A stretch of DNA of 64,000 nt from contig NC_042997.1 in NCBI RefSeq assembly GCF_006345805.1, positions 148,118,001 through 148,182,000 on the forward strand, written 5' to 3'. The notes beneath the pieces are model-generated. The model ran no database searches. It saw nothing but the letters and a program-made list of their open reading frames with translations, and was not told the origin of the DNA. Source of the stretch: Octopus sinensis. Taxonomy: Eukaryota. This document shows positions 39,580 to 53,654 of the stretch, in pieces. The position numbers and the translations under genes were made by a program. Every line of letters starts with the position of its first letter. Position 1 is the stretch's first letter.

Positions 39580-42500
39580 ATATGTATGTATGTATATATA
39601 TATACATATATATATATGTGTGTATATATACATGTACAAATGTAAGTTTGTGTGTGCGCATGTGCACAGACACGCAGGTACACGCACACACACATACACA
39701 CGCGCGCGCACTCAAACACACACACACACATAATGCAAGAGAGACTGATATGCAATATTTAAACATTACATCTCCATGATGAATTTAGCAGCGTTATCTC
39801 TTGTTAATGGCAACTCATCTGGTACACACTGCAGAAATATAAATCTAGGAAATGTACGTACATTGCATGATTTTATTCTTATAGTTATTTCAAACAAAGA
39901 GTATAGCTCTCTTATATCGCTGCAATTAGCTTAATAAATTTCTCATTTGCAATACGTTTTTCTCACTGTATGATATTTCGATAATGTAGTATCAAATTTA
40001 AATGTGCGGTATCATCTTGATAAATGTATTTCTCATCTTATATTGTACATACTTGATGACCAAATTGTTTACTGTTCTGAAATACAGACGCAAGTTGTTG
40101 TCTTAAAAGTAACATAAACTTCGATGTCATTCTTGTATTAGAATGGACGATTTCTCTACTCATCAATCTGTTTACATGGTGTGTTAAATTTTAAAAGAAT
40201 ATATATACCTACTTCTCGTAATTTAATGAAATTTTCATTTTGTGTGACATATTCAAGTAACTATTCTACTTATCCCATCATTTTGTTGGATAAAAATTAA
40301 TATTTTATTTTTCTCTCGACTAATATTTTACCAGTTATACCCATCCCTGTATATACAGGATGGCTGCTACTTTCAGAAAGTAGCGTCAGTAACATGGTGA
40401 TTTAATTTAGATCCGCCTGAAATACAAAGCTGGAAAACCGGATCTCAAGTGTTTACCAGAAACGCTCTAAACACCCATCTAATATATAAATATACCTTAT
40501 ACGAATTTGACCTTTACTGAGTTTGAAAAATGAAAATATTTTGACATTTGATAAGGCCAACGTTTGACTTACGCTCTATGTTAATTGATACCGTTAATAT
40601 GTTCAATTCCAGATTGAAAAGAAATCTTAATGCAAGTTCAAATGCTGATAAGTATGAAAATGATTTGTCTCCTTTTACTATATATGCCACTTATAATTTA
40701 GGAATCAACCAAATTGTGCATTGTCATAGAAATGGAGCATTGATAAGGACATGTGTACTATGCAATCGCTCGTAGACTGATAAACGGCAAAGCTGTATAT
40801 AACAAAAAATGTTTTAAGCTACTCCTTCCTACTTCAGAAATAGATGATCTAAGTACTGAAGAGAATACATTGTATCTTCTCTTCCCTTCCACAATGAGAT
40901 ATATTATAAAGTAACATATCAGTATCATACATCTAGTGACAATCGTAGTAGAAGAAGACGTAAACTATGAAACCGAAATCGGAAGGATATCTCCTTCATC
41001 GCACAGCCCGAAGATCTATTCTCTCCAGATTACAGCCAGTATTGGTGTTTCTTTTAAACACTATCTCTACAAATTTGCAACATCCGTTTCTCCACATGTT
41101 TCAATTAAGTTGGCTATCTTGTTCTGCCTCTAGGAAACCTCTACACTTTGCATTCACTCTTTGTTACATACACAAGGTAAATATTCAAAGAAAAAAATCC
41201 GTTTATTTCACAGATTTCTTTGCGTTGTCGTCAAATAATCGCCGCAGTGTATACACTGCACTCGCTAAAACCTTAAGCCTTTTTGTCTTTCTCTGTTTTT
41301 CTATCTGTCTCTTTACTCTTTCTTGGCATGGGTTTATCCCACTCTTCCGTTAAACGCTACATAGTATTGTACTCTTGAGATGAACCTTACTAAGACAACC
41401 CACGTTTCTAACATGTTAAAGTTGATGGAGAACTTTCACTTTGTCTAACGCTCGTTCTCATTTGTCCTTCCTTGTTTCCTTCTAATATTCCCTCTCATCT
41501 TATGAATTCCTTGTTACATGTAAGGCAAAGCATTCCTCCCTATAATGTTGGCCCTCTTGGTTCATTTCTTTTCTCTGTAGCATTCAGATTAGAATTGTTC
41601 AAGAAGAAAAGGAAAGCCATACAAAAGCCTGAAAACGCCTTCGGCCTTAAAGCCCGAAAGACAGTCTAATTGGGAAATGTTAGATTAAAAAAATTATTTT
41701 ATGTTATAACATATTGATATTAGACATAAATTTCACAGTTAATATTAACCTTTTCTAAAACTTCAGGACATTTGATAGCCAAATAGACTCCGAGTAAAAG
41801 TAACTTGATTTTTCACTGAAAATGCTTGTGTTGCACTTTTCTTCAGAGGCTACACCAATTCACATAGTATTAAACGCATTCAATATAAGACAAAGATAAG
41901 AAACTTGTTCTTGATGGACATATCCTATTTTAATGAATTTTGTGGAAGAATTCTAAGCCACAGTCAAGATGATTTCATGATCCAGTTTGAATGTTAGTTG
42001 CAGCAACATGTTTTCCCATACAAGAATTATGCACTTCCGAAAATTAGGAGACGTCATCGCTCATATTTTCAGTTTGTATAGAATATCTTTAGTCCCATGC
42101 CTATTCGATATTATTAGAAACATTCTTTTGTATGAATTCCTAAATTTTGACTATGATATAAGAAATTTGCAGAAAGTATATGTTATTGAGAATTATGTAT
42201 TTTTTTGAACGTAAGCATTTCTGTGAACGACTTCATTGTAACGCGAAGCAAAACACATGTAGCAACATTGTGTGACCTCGTCACATTAGTTTCACGTCCA
42301 GATCGAACTCGGATTTCATTCTTCTGCTATTGGAAAAATGTATGCCAGGCCATTATTGGACTAGAAGTAAATTGTTATTCCCACTTACAGAATGATTCAA
42401 ATATCAGTTTATATGCCCTGAGAAGGGGCATGTTATATAATTCCTGTCAGAATATTTGATTTTCATGTCCCACATCCTCTAGGAAGCATGTTTTAGCTAT

Positions 42501-42964
42501 ATCAATTATCTTGGCATTTGTTCGATTCACTATCTTTTCTGGTCATTTTTCTAAATCTATTATATTCTTAAAGAAGCCCATATAAAACATGTAACATACC
42601 TCTTGTAATAGCGCACACATAGCCAATTCTACGTCGGAATAGATCATTACTATATTTTGCGAATTCTAGTTTTATCTAAGAAAAGTTTAGCGAGATACAT
42701 CGTGAAGTTAGATTTTGTGTGTTGTCTGTATTTTCCGTTCAGAGTAAAACTGATTTAAGATCATACTTTGTCTCTTTCTTTATGTTGGTTTCTCTGTTTA
42801 TATAGCAGTTTCTGTTTGATTGTATGTCTGCCGCATTTTTGACCTCGCTTGGATTGTCATGTGAGAACATTTATGTTTTCTCTTCGTGTACAGAATTCCA
42901 GCAGCTGCTTAAGTGTAGCTTTTGCCTTCTATTTGCTGTTCGCAACAGCAGCAACAGCAACAAC

Positions 42965-42968
42965 ATCT

Positions 42969-43011
<43 letters not shown>

Positions 43012-43063
43012 CTACTACCACCACCACCACTATCACTACCACTACCACCACTACCACCACCAT

Positions 43064-43121
<58 letters not shown>

Positions 43122-43162
43122 GCTACTACTGCCACTACTGCTACTACTATTACTACTACTGC
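42965..43162. repeat. (TAC)n/(CAC)n trinucleotide microsatellite
   Basis: Direct inspection; explains the poly-T/Y/L/H ORFs. Confidence 0.95.
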
Positions 43163-43439
43163 TCCTAAGTATAGTTTTAAGTATGATATATAGATGACTA
43201 TTGTAATTTAAGCTTTTAGTCCCATACACTGATATCAACACACACATACACATAAATTCACAAATATATATGTGCGTATATACTGTATATACATGTTCAT
43301 ATATACATACATATATATGTATGCGTGTTTGAGTGTGTGTGATCACGAATGTATGTACGAGTGCTGTTCGTTAAAGATTTCCCTTGACCCGCTTCCCAAG
43401 GACAGGGATAAACGAAATTTCGCATAATTATTAGTCCTT

Positions 43440-43910
43440 CTCTACATAGTCACCACTAATGGTGACACACGTCTTCCATCGTTTATGCAGCTGGGAAGAC
43501 CTATTCTGTAGAATCGGTACTTTGCATCTGGAGCCAAGACTTTACATCCGAGGGGCTTCCCCCTCAAAAAAAAAAAAGCTTCATGGTTGGAAAGAGGAGG
43601 AAGTCAGATGGTGCAAGGTCGGGAGAGAAAGGGGGATGAGGAAGGATTTCATAACTGCAGGAGTGTGTTTTAATGTGAGTAAAATGCGCATTGTGAACTG
43701 GGGCGTTGTCAGAGAAGCAAAATATGTCCTGTTAATTGTGGTGCCCTTTGCCAGAAAATTCATCATTACTACACCACGCTTGTCCCAAAAGATTGTGAGC
43801 ATCACCTTGCCTCCTGCGGGTTGGACACGAGCCTTCTTTGAAGGTGGTGAGTTATCAAGTTTCCGTTGCTTCAACTGGACTTTAGTGTCAGGATCATAGA
43901 TACTACTCAA
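43440..43910 (-). mobile_element. Mariner (DD34D-type) transposase remnant, internally deleted
   Basis: YDPDTKVQ...SPPSKKARVQPAGGKVMLTIFWDKRGVVMMNFLAKGTTIN matches the mariner catalytic-domain pattern YDPETK...KVM.TVFWD..G...G.TIN. Confidence 0.85.
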
Positions 43911-44372
43911 CTTTCATGAGACGATTTAAATCTGAATCCCATTAGCAATAACCTAAGTAATTTTTGTTGCAGAACTGAGCATACTAGCCTTATAACAATA
44001 TATCGCCAATACAAATATAAATTTTTAGAAAGACAGTAAGCAATGTAATGTTACTCCCATAAGCCCTCATAAAAATTTCTATTATTTGCATAGCTGCAAC
44101 CGCTCTTATATAAATCCATCCAATTATCTCATAGCTAAATAAAGAACTGAATACATAATTTGCGTAAATATCACTTATTTCCTGATGGAAACACTCTCTG
44201 AAAATGAATCTTGAGATTCATTTCTTATTTGGACTTATGAACCCCAGAAACCTTCGTTGGAATACTATATTTTCTTCTAAAAAGTAGCCTCAAACTCCAT
44301 ACTGTACGTATACATATGTGTGTGTGTGTGTGTGTGTATGTTTGTATATGTGTATACACACACGCACACACA

Positions 44373-44406
<34 letters not shown>

Positions 44407-44599
44407 TCGAAGATGTATGACAAAAGATTTCCGGACAATGGAGATGAGTTAAAATAATAAAATAGAAACGCTAATAAACGAGTGAAGAAAAATATATATA
44501 GTGCATGTGTGTGCGTGTGGCAAAAGATGGCTAACTCGTAATATAACAATATATATATATATATTATGAACATAAGCGTCGACGTACCCCTTTTTGATC

Positions 44600-45320
44600 A
44601 TATACGTAAGTATATATTCTTTAACACATGGTACGACTCTACAACACTGTCTCTCTCCCCCCTCTCCTACATTTCTCTGCCTTTCACACTTTGCACTCCA
44701 CTTGATCTGTCTCTTTCTCTCTCTTTCTTCTCCTCCTCCTTTGTTCCGTGTTCCCCTTCTTTCTTTCTTCATCTGTCCCTCTTTTTCCCCTCACGTGACT
44801 AGCCACCGACTGCTGGCCTTTCGCGTCCAGACTGCTGGCCTTTCGCGTCCAGCAGCCGTTGTGGCAAGACACAATTGTTTGTCTCTCTGTAGCCTTAAGG
44901 CTCTCTTCTAACGCCAGCTCAAAACTTTACTCGTCCTGTCGAAAAGACGCTTGTTTGTGACGTCCTGTTTTTGTTGTTATTATTATCATTATTGTTTTTA
45001 CGTATTTTTGTATTCTTATTCGTGCTATCATTATTGTTTTTACGTATTTTTGTTTTTTTTATTCGTGTAACATCGTCCGTTTTCCGTCCTTGTTTTGTAT
45101 ACATTCGAGGCTTTCTTCCAAGGAATCCAATGCGCTTGGCTTAGATTTTCCTTTGGGGCTGGCCAGGTCGGAGCAATCTCAAGATTAATCAGCCGAAATT
45201 GCGAAGATGATCCGGTTCTTGACTGAAGATTGAAGGCTTCGAATGTCCCGTCCGTGTTTTTTTTTTTCGTCTTCTAAATGTTTCACGTTCTTGTCCCAGT
45301 TTGTATTTTTTAACTTTTAC
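44600..45320 (+). mobile_element. Diverged copy of the 1701-2846 family (opposite orientation)
   Basis: Shares ATCTCAAGATTAATCAGCCGAAATT, GATCCGGTTCTTGACTGAAGA and CGTTCTTGTCC; interior similarity around 44890-44960; CT-rich tract. Confidence 0.7.
45101..45246 (+). ncRNA. Structured RNA with hammerhead core segments in permuted order (copy 3)
   Basis: AGCAA-UC(45177-45178)-UCAAGA...CAGCC-GAAA(45195-45198)-UUGC...UCUUGA-CUGAAGA(45223-45229); outer stem ACAUUCGAGGCUUU/GAAGGCUUCGAAUGU. Confidence 0.5.
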
Positions 45321-45699
45321 ACACACATATATATATATATATGGGGGGGGGGGTCAAGCATTCTAAGTTACATCTCAATGATGCTATGGTGTGCAACATT
45401 GATGATATCTCTTGGGTTTTAGGGATAAGGGGGTCGATTCTGTCAATACGATTCTAAATGCGCATGTCTGTATTTCTGTTAATGAATTTTCAACAATCGT
45501 AAACAAAGAAGCTTCGATTAAAGCGCTCTCTTTATCAAATAATATCACTATGCTTATAGCTAGTAATAACCAATATTGTTGCAATGTATCGGTGGATGAA
45601 TGAAGAGACTTGGAAAGAAATTCCTAGAACACCTCTCTCCATCTGATATCCTGTCATAGGTATTGAGGCAAACTTTATAGGTCTGATATCACACTATGA

Positions 45700-46330
45700 C
45701 TGTGGCTGTTCGATAACTCTACTTGAACACAATATCATAGAACATAACGACTCATGACAGAGTGTCAGACATGGTTATTTTGTCAGAAATAAAAGGCTAC
45801 CATTTCTGGGAAGTTTTGGTATTTGTAATCCCGGAACTTGAAGCAAAAAACGGAATGAAATAGGGTTAAACCATAGTAGGAAAACCGATACCAGAGTCTG
45901 AGAAATTAAAATAGATGTTGGGATCCATGGAGCATGATACGGTCTTGAAGATGCGAAGCACTGGGAAATCGTTAGATTACTACAATTCAGGGAAAATATT
46001 TTCTCAGATACAGAAAGTTAAATATGTACAGGGATAATGATGGAATGATTCTCCAGAATATCGACGATTACTGGACAATAGTTCCCTTCAAAATATCGAT
46101 ATCATAAAAGTTACCAACACAGTAGATCACTGAGAAAAGATATATGACAAAATATGTGAAATACATCGGGTAAAATGAAACATGCTATAGTCATCTGGGA
46201 GTGAAAAATAGGAATTAATCTCAGAGCTAGAAAACAATTAAAGTTGGCAATGGGAATTTAAAAGAAAATGTCTATAACGGACAAATGTGATATCCGTACA
46301 TACAACATCTGGGCTATGAATTAAGTATGA
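45700..46330 (+). pseudogene. Possible highly decayed LINE reverse-transcriptase remnant
   Basis: Faint, correctly ordered echoes of GVRQG (SVRHG), ADDTVL (EHDTVL) and YLG (SHLGV) in broken frames. Confidence 0.25.
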
Positions 46331-46777
46331 AGTGTAATTAAATACTTCAGTTGTAATATAGAGAAAAGGTTTTTGACAAAAACAGAAAAAATATATCCGT
46401 GTAATTAGGAAAACAGAAGCTTAGATGTTTACAAGCCATTAATGCACTAAAAATATAGAGTTTAACTTCTTGTATTTACATATAAAAATCTGTTCACTCA
46501 TAAAAAATGTGTATTTCTATTCAGACATTAATAGAAAATTAACTCAAGCGAGGACATGCATGGGTATACACAAATACACAAAGCATGTAATCATAAGCAT
46601 ACATATATACCCATGTATTTGTATACATATACGCATACATAGATATATACATATATTCATTCACCTCTAATTGTTATCTAACCAAAAGATAATTGGTTCT
46701 GAATAAAAGATTCGGAGTTCCATATTAAGAAGAAACGAAAAAATTCACCACAAGATATCTATACAAATCTGCATTCT

Positions 46778-46812
<35 letters not shown>

Positions 46813-46902
46813 GCAGTTAATCCAAACATGAAAACACAACAACGCTAGGACGTGGAACAAGTATAATGTTTTTGGAGGCTCAGGAAAGGAAAGACAGAAG
46901 GA

Positions 46903-46940
46903 GGACACAACGTTTCGAGCGGAGCTCTTCGTCAGAAACA
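46903..46940 (-). ncRNA. Minimal hammerhead-like core lacking the stem I partner
   Basis: GTTT-CTGACGA-A-GAGC TCC GCTC-GAAAC-GTT; same family as 9341-9378. Confidence 0.45.
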
Positions 46941-47507
46941 TAGGAAAAGGAAAGACCCAAAGAAGGGAAGACAGAGGAAAAAATGGTCAACGATACACTC
47001 GCGGTCACATATTGAATGACCGGAAGGGAGTGGGTGAAGAAAAAATTCTTTCAAAGACAGGAGAGTGCAAGAGAAGGAGGTATGCGTTTGTATGTGTGAG
47101 TATGTGCGTGCGCACAGGTTTGTGTGTGTGTGTGAGTGTGTATGTGTGTGTGTGTAATGATAGCACAGGTGTCTTGTGTGTGTATGGTTGTAGCTGTTAA
47201 TGATATATATATAATATATAATATGTATAGAAGTGGTAACAATTGGTTACTGTATACGGTGTGTAATTTCTTATAGCAACACTGATTCCACGGCTCCATG
47301 CTTTGAAATGACAAAATATGAACTGCTATTATAACTTTCACACCATGTACAGGAAACTTTTTATAACTTCTCCACCCCATTTTCTCCGAATAATCGAGCT
47401 ACAACAACAATATCATTATATACTTTAGTTCTGCTTTTATTCCCTTATCTCCCTCTATATTCCCTATCTTTTCCGCAATAATTCGAACTCAAATATTCTC
47501 TTACACC

Positions 47508-47542
47508 GTCTCTGATGCATACCCCAGAAACAGCTCTAAGAC
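47508..47542 (+). ncRNA. Decayed hammerhead
   Basis: GTCT-CTGATGC-ATACCCCA-GAAAC-AGCT-C-TA-AGAC: stem I GTCT/AGAC and palindromic loop AGCT kept; core and stem II damaged. Confidence 0.4.
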
Positions 47543-47728
47543 TATTTCATTTTAAATGTCATAAAAACAACTCACACCTTTCGATTTGTTATCTCATTCG
47601 ATCTGATATATATATATATATATGCATGCTAATACAAGAACCATTGTCTATCTATAGCACTTAGCGTTACCTGACACTCTTTGGGTTTTCTAAATACTAA
47701 TATCTCTCACACCCTATATACACACACA

Positions 47729-47766
<38 letters not shown>

Positions 47767-48117
47767 TAAAAGAATGGTAAAAAATAATTGTTGTTGCGTT
47801 GTATATTTCCTGTCACGCCTTATATTACACATATTGCATAACCTTAGTCGGAAAATTAGCAGGGTGCAAACAAGTGACAGCAGGAAACTACAATTCAAAC
47901 ATTTAATATTATACCTATTAAGTTAGATGTTTTTGCTAACTGCCTCATTATAACTGTTTTTAACAGCAATAATGTTTTCATATATAAATACATATATATA
48001 TATATATATTCGCTCACATACGTATATTGCAACCGAAAGATACATAATTAGACACAAACACACACTCTCATAAACCTCACACTCACACTTATATCATCAC
48101 TTGCATGCACCCGCCCG

Positions 48118-48162
<45 letters not shown>

Positions 48163-48624
48163 AGGACGAAAAAGCGGAAATACAAATTAACATTTTTCTT
48201 TCAGTATCTGAATATTTCCTGGTGACTATTATTTTCATGAGTAATTTATATCTAACTCTACATCAAGTAGCAACCCATTCATCAATTACTCATTTTACCA
48301 GATTTCCTCTGGAGATTACATATCATTCCTATTGTACAGATAAATATTTCAAACAAATACCTAGGCATCATACAGCTTAATACACAGGGAAAGAACATAT
48401 ATGTGATATAGCACCTATAAATAATTACATATCACACAATGCATATTTTTGCTGGGTGTGTTTGAACAAAACAATCGCATTTAATAATCTCTGGAAACAC
48501 CTGAGCAGATAATCGGGTATAATTCCTTACAGAAATGTTTACTATTTCATTGAGAATGAATCACTCGAATGTGAATCAAAATATTTCGGTAAAATAAGTT
48601 TAATCATAATAATAATTAGTTCTA

Positions 48625-48827
48625 AAAACACAAGGCCTGAAATTTTGCGGGAGGGGACGAGTCGATTACATCGATCCAAGTGAGTAACTGGTACTTATTT
48701 CCTCGCCCCCGAAAGGATGAAAGGCAAAGTCGACCCTGGCGGATTTTGAACTTAGAAGGTAAGGACAGACGAAATGCCGCTAAGCAGTTGGTCCGGGGTG
48801 CTAGCCATTCTGCCAGCGCGCCGCCTT
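48625..48827 (-). mobile_element. SINE family A
   Basis: GAGTCGATTACATCGATCC...CCCCGAAAGGATGAAAGGCAAAGTCGACC...TTCTGCCAGCGCGCCGCCTT. Confidence 0.8.
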
Positions 48828-49084
48828 GAATAACTTAAATAATAGTAATGATTATGTTTTAAATATTAATGACTTGTTTCCTTCATTGGACTGCAGCCAT
48901 GCACCTTATTGAAGAGATTTTGGGGTCGGACGAATCGACTTGAATACTTTGTTTTTAAAACCTGGTATATATTCAATCAATCCGTCTTGCTGACCGGTTA
49001 GGTTACAGGGACGAAGCAAACCAGAATGAACACAAAATCATACACTCACACACACACACACACATACACACGCACACAAACACA

Positions 49085-49190
49085 TATTTACATGTCATAG
49101 GCTTCTTTCAGTTTCCGTCCAATAAAAATCTACCTACAAAGTTTGGCCGGCCCAAGGCTATAGAAGAAGATACATGCTCAATGTACCAAA
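49085..49190 (-). mobile_element. SINE family B 3' part
   Basis: GGCTTCTTTCAGTTTCCGTC...TTTGGCCGGCCCAAGGCTATAGAAGAAGA. Confidence 0.6.
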
Positions 49191-49814
49191 CAGGAGCAAA
49201 CATCACACCATAGAGCAACGCTTGCGCTTATGCAATATTTAATAGTACCACAGGCGGTTAGTGTTCGATTTAGGGAATTGCTGGTGTGACAATGATGCGA
49301 AAAGGGTTAAAATAAAATGCAGCAAAAAGCTAGAAAAATTGTAAGACTAAGAATGAGGAAAAATTGTGAACCGGAAAGATATGGAGATGGAATGTGTCTC
49401 ATAGCAATATCTATTAATATATTACACAATAAATAGGCTGCAAACTAACTTAATATTGTACTGTGACAGCATATAGAAGTCAGAAGCGTTTCTAAGTAAG
49501 CAGACGCATTCCTGCTGTCATTTATTTGCACACAGATAATTTTCCGACTAAGGTTGTGCTATATGTGTGTGATATAAGGCGTGACAGGAAATATATACAC
49601 ACACACATACACATACACACACATATACAGTGCGCGATGAGTAAAGTGTTGCCATTTTATATTTTTCATTTCCTACTTGCGCATTGTTTGATTTTGAATT
49701 TGTCGACTACACAGTATAGTAAGGTCAGCTGGGCACCGTCTGTGAGATAAACAGCACCATGATGCAATTCACGACAGTATATTCAGTACATCCTGTATAT
49801 GTGTGTGTGTGCGC

Positions 49815-49871
<57 letters not shown>

Positions 49872-50670
49872 AAGAGAGAGAGAGAGAGAGAGTGAGAGAA
49901 AGTCAGATAGAGGAACAGAGAGAACAGTATATAGCTTGTAAATTTGATGTGCTTTAATTTGAAATAGCATTAACGTGTTTATATTAATTTATTTCAAATT
50001 ATATATTCATACATACAGCAGAACTTACAATTTTTTTAGACATAAAAACATATTCAGAAAAGCTCTCACGACCGTTACCTCGTAATTATTTACTAAAAGA
50101 TAGAGTAAGCTACTTCATATAGTAATAAGCAAATATGTGTGTGAGTGCGACTGTGCGTACATGTGCGAGCGCATGTGCGCACACCCACGCACACACATCA
50201 CACATCAGACACATATCTATATATATATATATACGCAACCACTCGCATACATATTATATAATGGTGAATCGTAGGAAGTAATACAGGTCTCAGTGAAAGA
50301 AAACGTTTGATTGCATCATCTGATTCTGGAGCTTGGGGTTTACACAGTAATCAGTCTGCATGCTATCTTTAAAAGAACTGAGAATGACTTTTAAAATACT
50401 AACAAAATAACCTAGTAGACAGTTAAGTGGTGTCTATTTTTCACTTTCTCTATCACAACTATTCATAATGGTTGTCCCTCAGCTACACAGGGAAGTTAAA
50501 GCATTCATAGTAAAAATCTAGTTTTAATATATGTCTCTTTAATCTTCATATATACCTTCTAAATAGGATATAGTGCACGCCCTAAATACACATATACACA
50601 GATGGAGAAAATATAATAATTCATGTAATGCATGTATGTATGTATCTATCTATCTATATACACAAACACA

Positions 50671-50745
<75 letters not shown>

Positions 50746-50758
50746 ATATATATATATA

Positions 50759-51252
50759 CTAGCAGTATCGCCCGGCGTTGCTCGGGTTTGTAAGGGAAAT
50801 AACTATATAAACATTTTTAGAGAGTTACTTCCCTTATAGATGCCAATTCGGGCTTTCTTAGCCATTTCTGTTTTGGTGTCTTCAAGCCATGAAGTCGTTG
50901 TTCTAAAAGAACGCTGGTCTCCTTGACAACGCACTACGACGTTGATTTCTTTACACCCCCTTCCTCACAGCTTCACGAGGGAGAGAAAGGGGAGAAGCAA
51001 ACAGGTGCAGCTGTGAGCGTGGACGCCAACTCCGCCGCCATCGACACACGAAAAATTATGCATTAAAATGGAATAAAAAATGATGTTAAATTATTTTAAA
51101 AATCGTAGACTCATCGTTGACGCGCGCTAATAGCCAGACGGGCTCGATATTAATCACGACTATAAGATACCCGAATTTGGTTAAACTGCACCGCAAAATG
51201 TGGGAGTAGTTAGGAATCTAAATCGAAGGGGACAGACACTCACACAACTAGA

Positions 51253-51262
<10 letters not shown>
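50759..51262 (-). mobile_element. Non-autonomous Helitron-like element
   Basis: CTAG at 50759-50762 next to hairpin CCCGGCGTTGCTCGGG; other end GACAGACACTCACACAACTAGAGTTTTATATA; 3' terminus nearly identical to 37230-37270 but different interior. Confidence 0.65.
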
Positions 51263-51296
<34 letters not shown>

Positions 51297-51397
51297 ATTA
51301 TGTACTTGTATAATTGCGTCTATTCATATATACATATACGTATGTCTATCTGAATTAATAAATATAAACATGCATATTATTTATGCATACATATACA

Positions 51398-52263
51398 TAC
51401 GCGGTCCGATCAATAAGTATCCGGACTATTAGCCATAGGAACACTGCTAAAGCATGCAGAGAGAAGCTGCTTGGTAAAGATTGATCTTGACCCCTTCCAT
51501 GGGCGTTCAGTTTTGACGTTCTATCTCACTACTGCTGTTTACAGCCGTGTTTAGAATGAAGGGGGGTAGCACATGTTCGCGCATTGACCATGATAGAGAA
51601 AATTATCATGGCGATACCTGCTTAGAGGCCTGCGCGATGTTGCAGAAAGCGTATGGAGATGAATGCATGAGTCGCACCAAGTGTACGAGTGTGTCAGACG
51701 TTTCAAAAATGGCCGAAAGCATGTCGATATTGACGAAAGTTCTCAGCAGAACTGAGTAAAACATCGCAAATGTGCGGGCAGCTGTTAGGAGAAATCGTCG
51801 AATTACCATCCGGGAGTTATCAGAGGATATGCAGATTAGTTACGGTTCAGTCCAGGCCGTTATCATTCAAGATTTGGGTATGGGACGCGTCTCTGCCACG
51901 CTTATCTCAAAACCGCTTTCAGTTGACCAAAAAGACACCCGGGCTTCAGTTGCACAAGTTCTCCTGATTGTGTCGAGAACGATGAAAACTTTTTGACAAC
52001 TTTGCGTAGGCCTCTGGGCATCTATCATCAAGCTTTTTTAAAGTTTGATGTAGATTCTTTGCTTAACTCTCTCTATTATGGTCAATGCTACGATCACACG
52101 CTTCACACCTTTCTTTCAAGCATTGTTCTAATCAGCTAGAACGTTAAAAAAGTATTACGTATGAACAGTAAAGTCGAATGTCAACCTGTGTCAAATGGTA
52201 CTCTGCGTGCTTTAGCTTCGTTACTATGGCAACCGTCCGGATACTTATTGATGAGACCACCTA
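51398..52263 (+). mobile_element. Internally deleted mariner with both TIRs
   Basis: TIRs GGTCCGATCAATAAGTATCCGGAC / GTCCGGATACTTATTGATGAGACC in TA context; HTH-region remnant AMLQKAYGDECMSRT...RRNRRITIRELSEDMQISYGSVQAVI..DLGM.RVSA. Confidence 0.85.
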
Positions 52264-53457
52264 TATATATATACACACACACATACACATATACATATAC
52301 TTGTGTGTATGTGTGCGTGCATGCACGCGCTCGCTTGTGTGTGCAAATATAAGTGTGCATATATATGTATGTATTTGAATGTGTGTATGTATCTATGTGA
52401 TTATAAGCATTTATCAATCTATCGATTTTTGTATCTATGAATCATATAAAAGAACTCGGAGATAAAATTACTTCAACAGACAATCACATACATTTATCAT
52501 AACTATAGTTCATGTATCCACGTCGACCACACATACACATGTCATTGTAGAAGCACACGAAAAGAAAGAAATATATTATGGAGGAAAAGGGGATTTTTAA
52601 TTGTCTTCGTATAATAAATACACAAGGGACAGAACACTTAAATTATTTCCCGTATTTATTGTGTAAATATTTAACAGCAATATATTTTCCATTAAAACTA
52701 TAAATTCGGGTTGTGTTTGTTTTTTTTAATTTTAAAATTATATTTCAATTCTGTGTCTTCTGCAAAAATGAAATGGAAATCTATATACATCGTATTTACA
52801 TATATATGTAATAATTTACCACAACAGATGTTACAGATTGAAACCGCCCACCTTGGCTTTTCACATAAATACGCACACATACATACACAAGCTAATACAT
52901 CACAAATTTGAGTTTTACTATTTGTGTATTTACGTGTGTATATGTATGTAGATATATAAGTTTATAGATAAAGGCATTCAAGTATGTAAGTGAAAAGAGA
53001 GTGCACAATACTGAAATGAGTGTTTTATATTACATTTCATAGGCAGCTGAAAGTTTCTAAATTTACTCCTACTTTCACGTTTCAGTACGTCGAGGTCTAC
53101 GAAAAATGAAATATAAGAAATATGTTTAAACGACATATAGTGGAGATATATCAATATCTAAAGGCGTTTTCATTGGATAAGCTGGTTGTTTGTAATTGTC
53201 GTGTGCAAATTACATAAGGGGTTAGAGGGGAAATACACCTTTACGTTACAAAAGTGAAATTGAGAAATAGTAGAGATGTAGAAGAAATTAATCCTCGTAA
53301 AATATATGTGTGTATGTATGCATGCATGTATGTATGTATGTCTGTATGTGAAGACGTCTATGTCTGCTCGCGACTAAATGCATACATACACATATGTAAG
53401 CATATGTAAGTATACGTTCATACATACATATATACGTACACACACACACACACACAC

Positions 53458-53490
<33 letters not shown>

Positions 53491-53654
53491 TAGGTATATA
53501 TGAATATATGTGTATATGAACAAGAGAGGTGGAGCATCAGCACTCTTGGTACACAATTACGGTTTCACAGACTGGAGCAATGAGAAAAGTCGTACCTTCT
53601 TTAAGGAAGCAAATCATCGAAGGATCTTGGAATTAAATTTATGACTCATATGCG

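Noticed and set aside
41790-41835. Minus-strand CTGAAGA followed by the hairpin AAAGTGC/GCATTTT
   Set aside because: Four extra bases before GAAA and no stem I or III; not a credible hammerhead.
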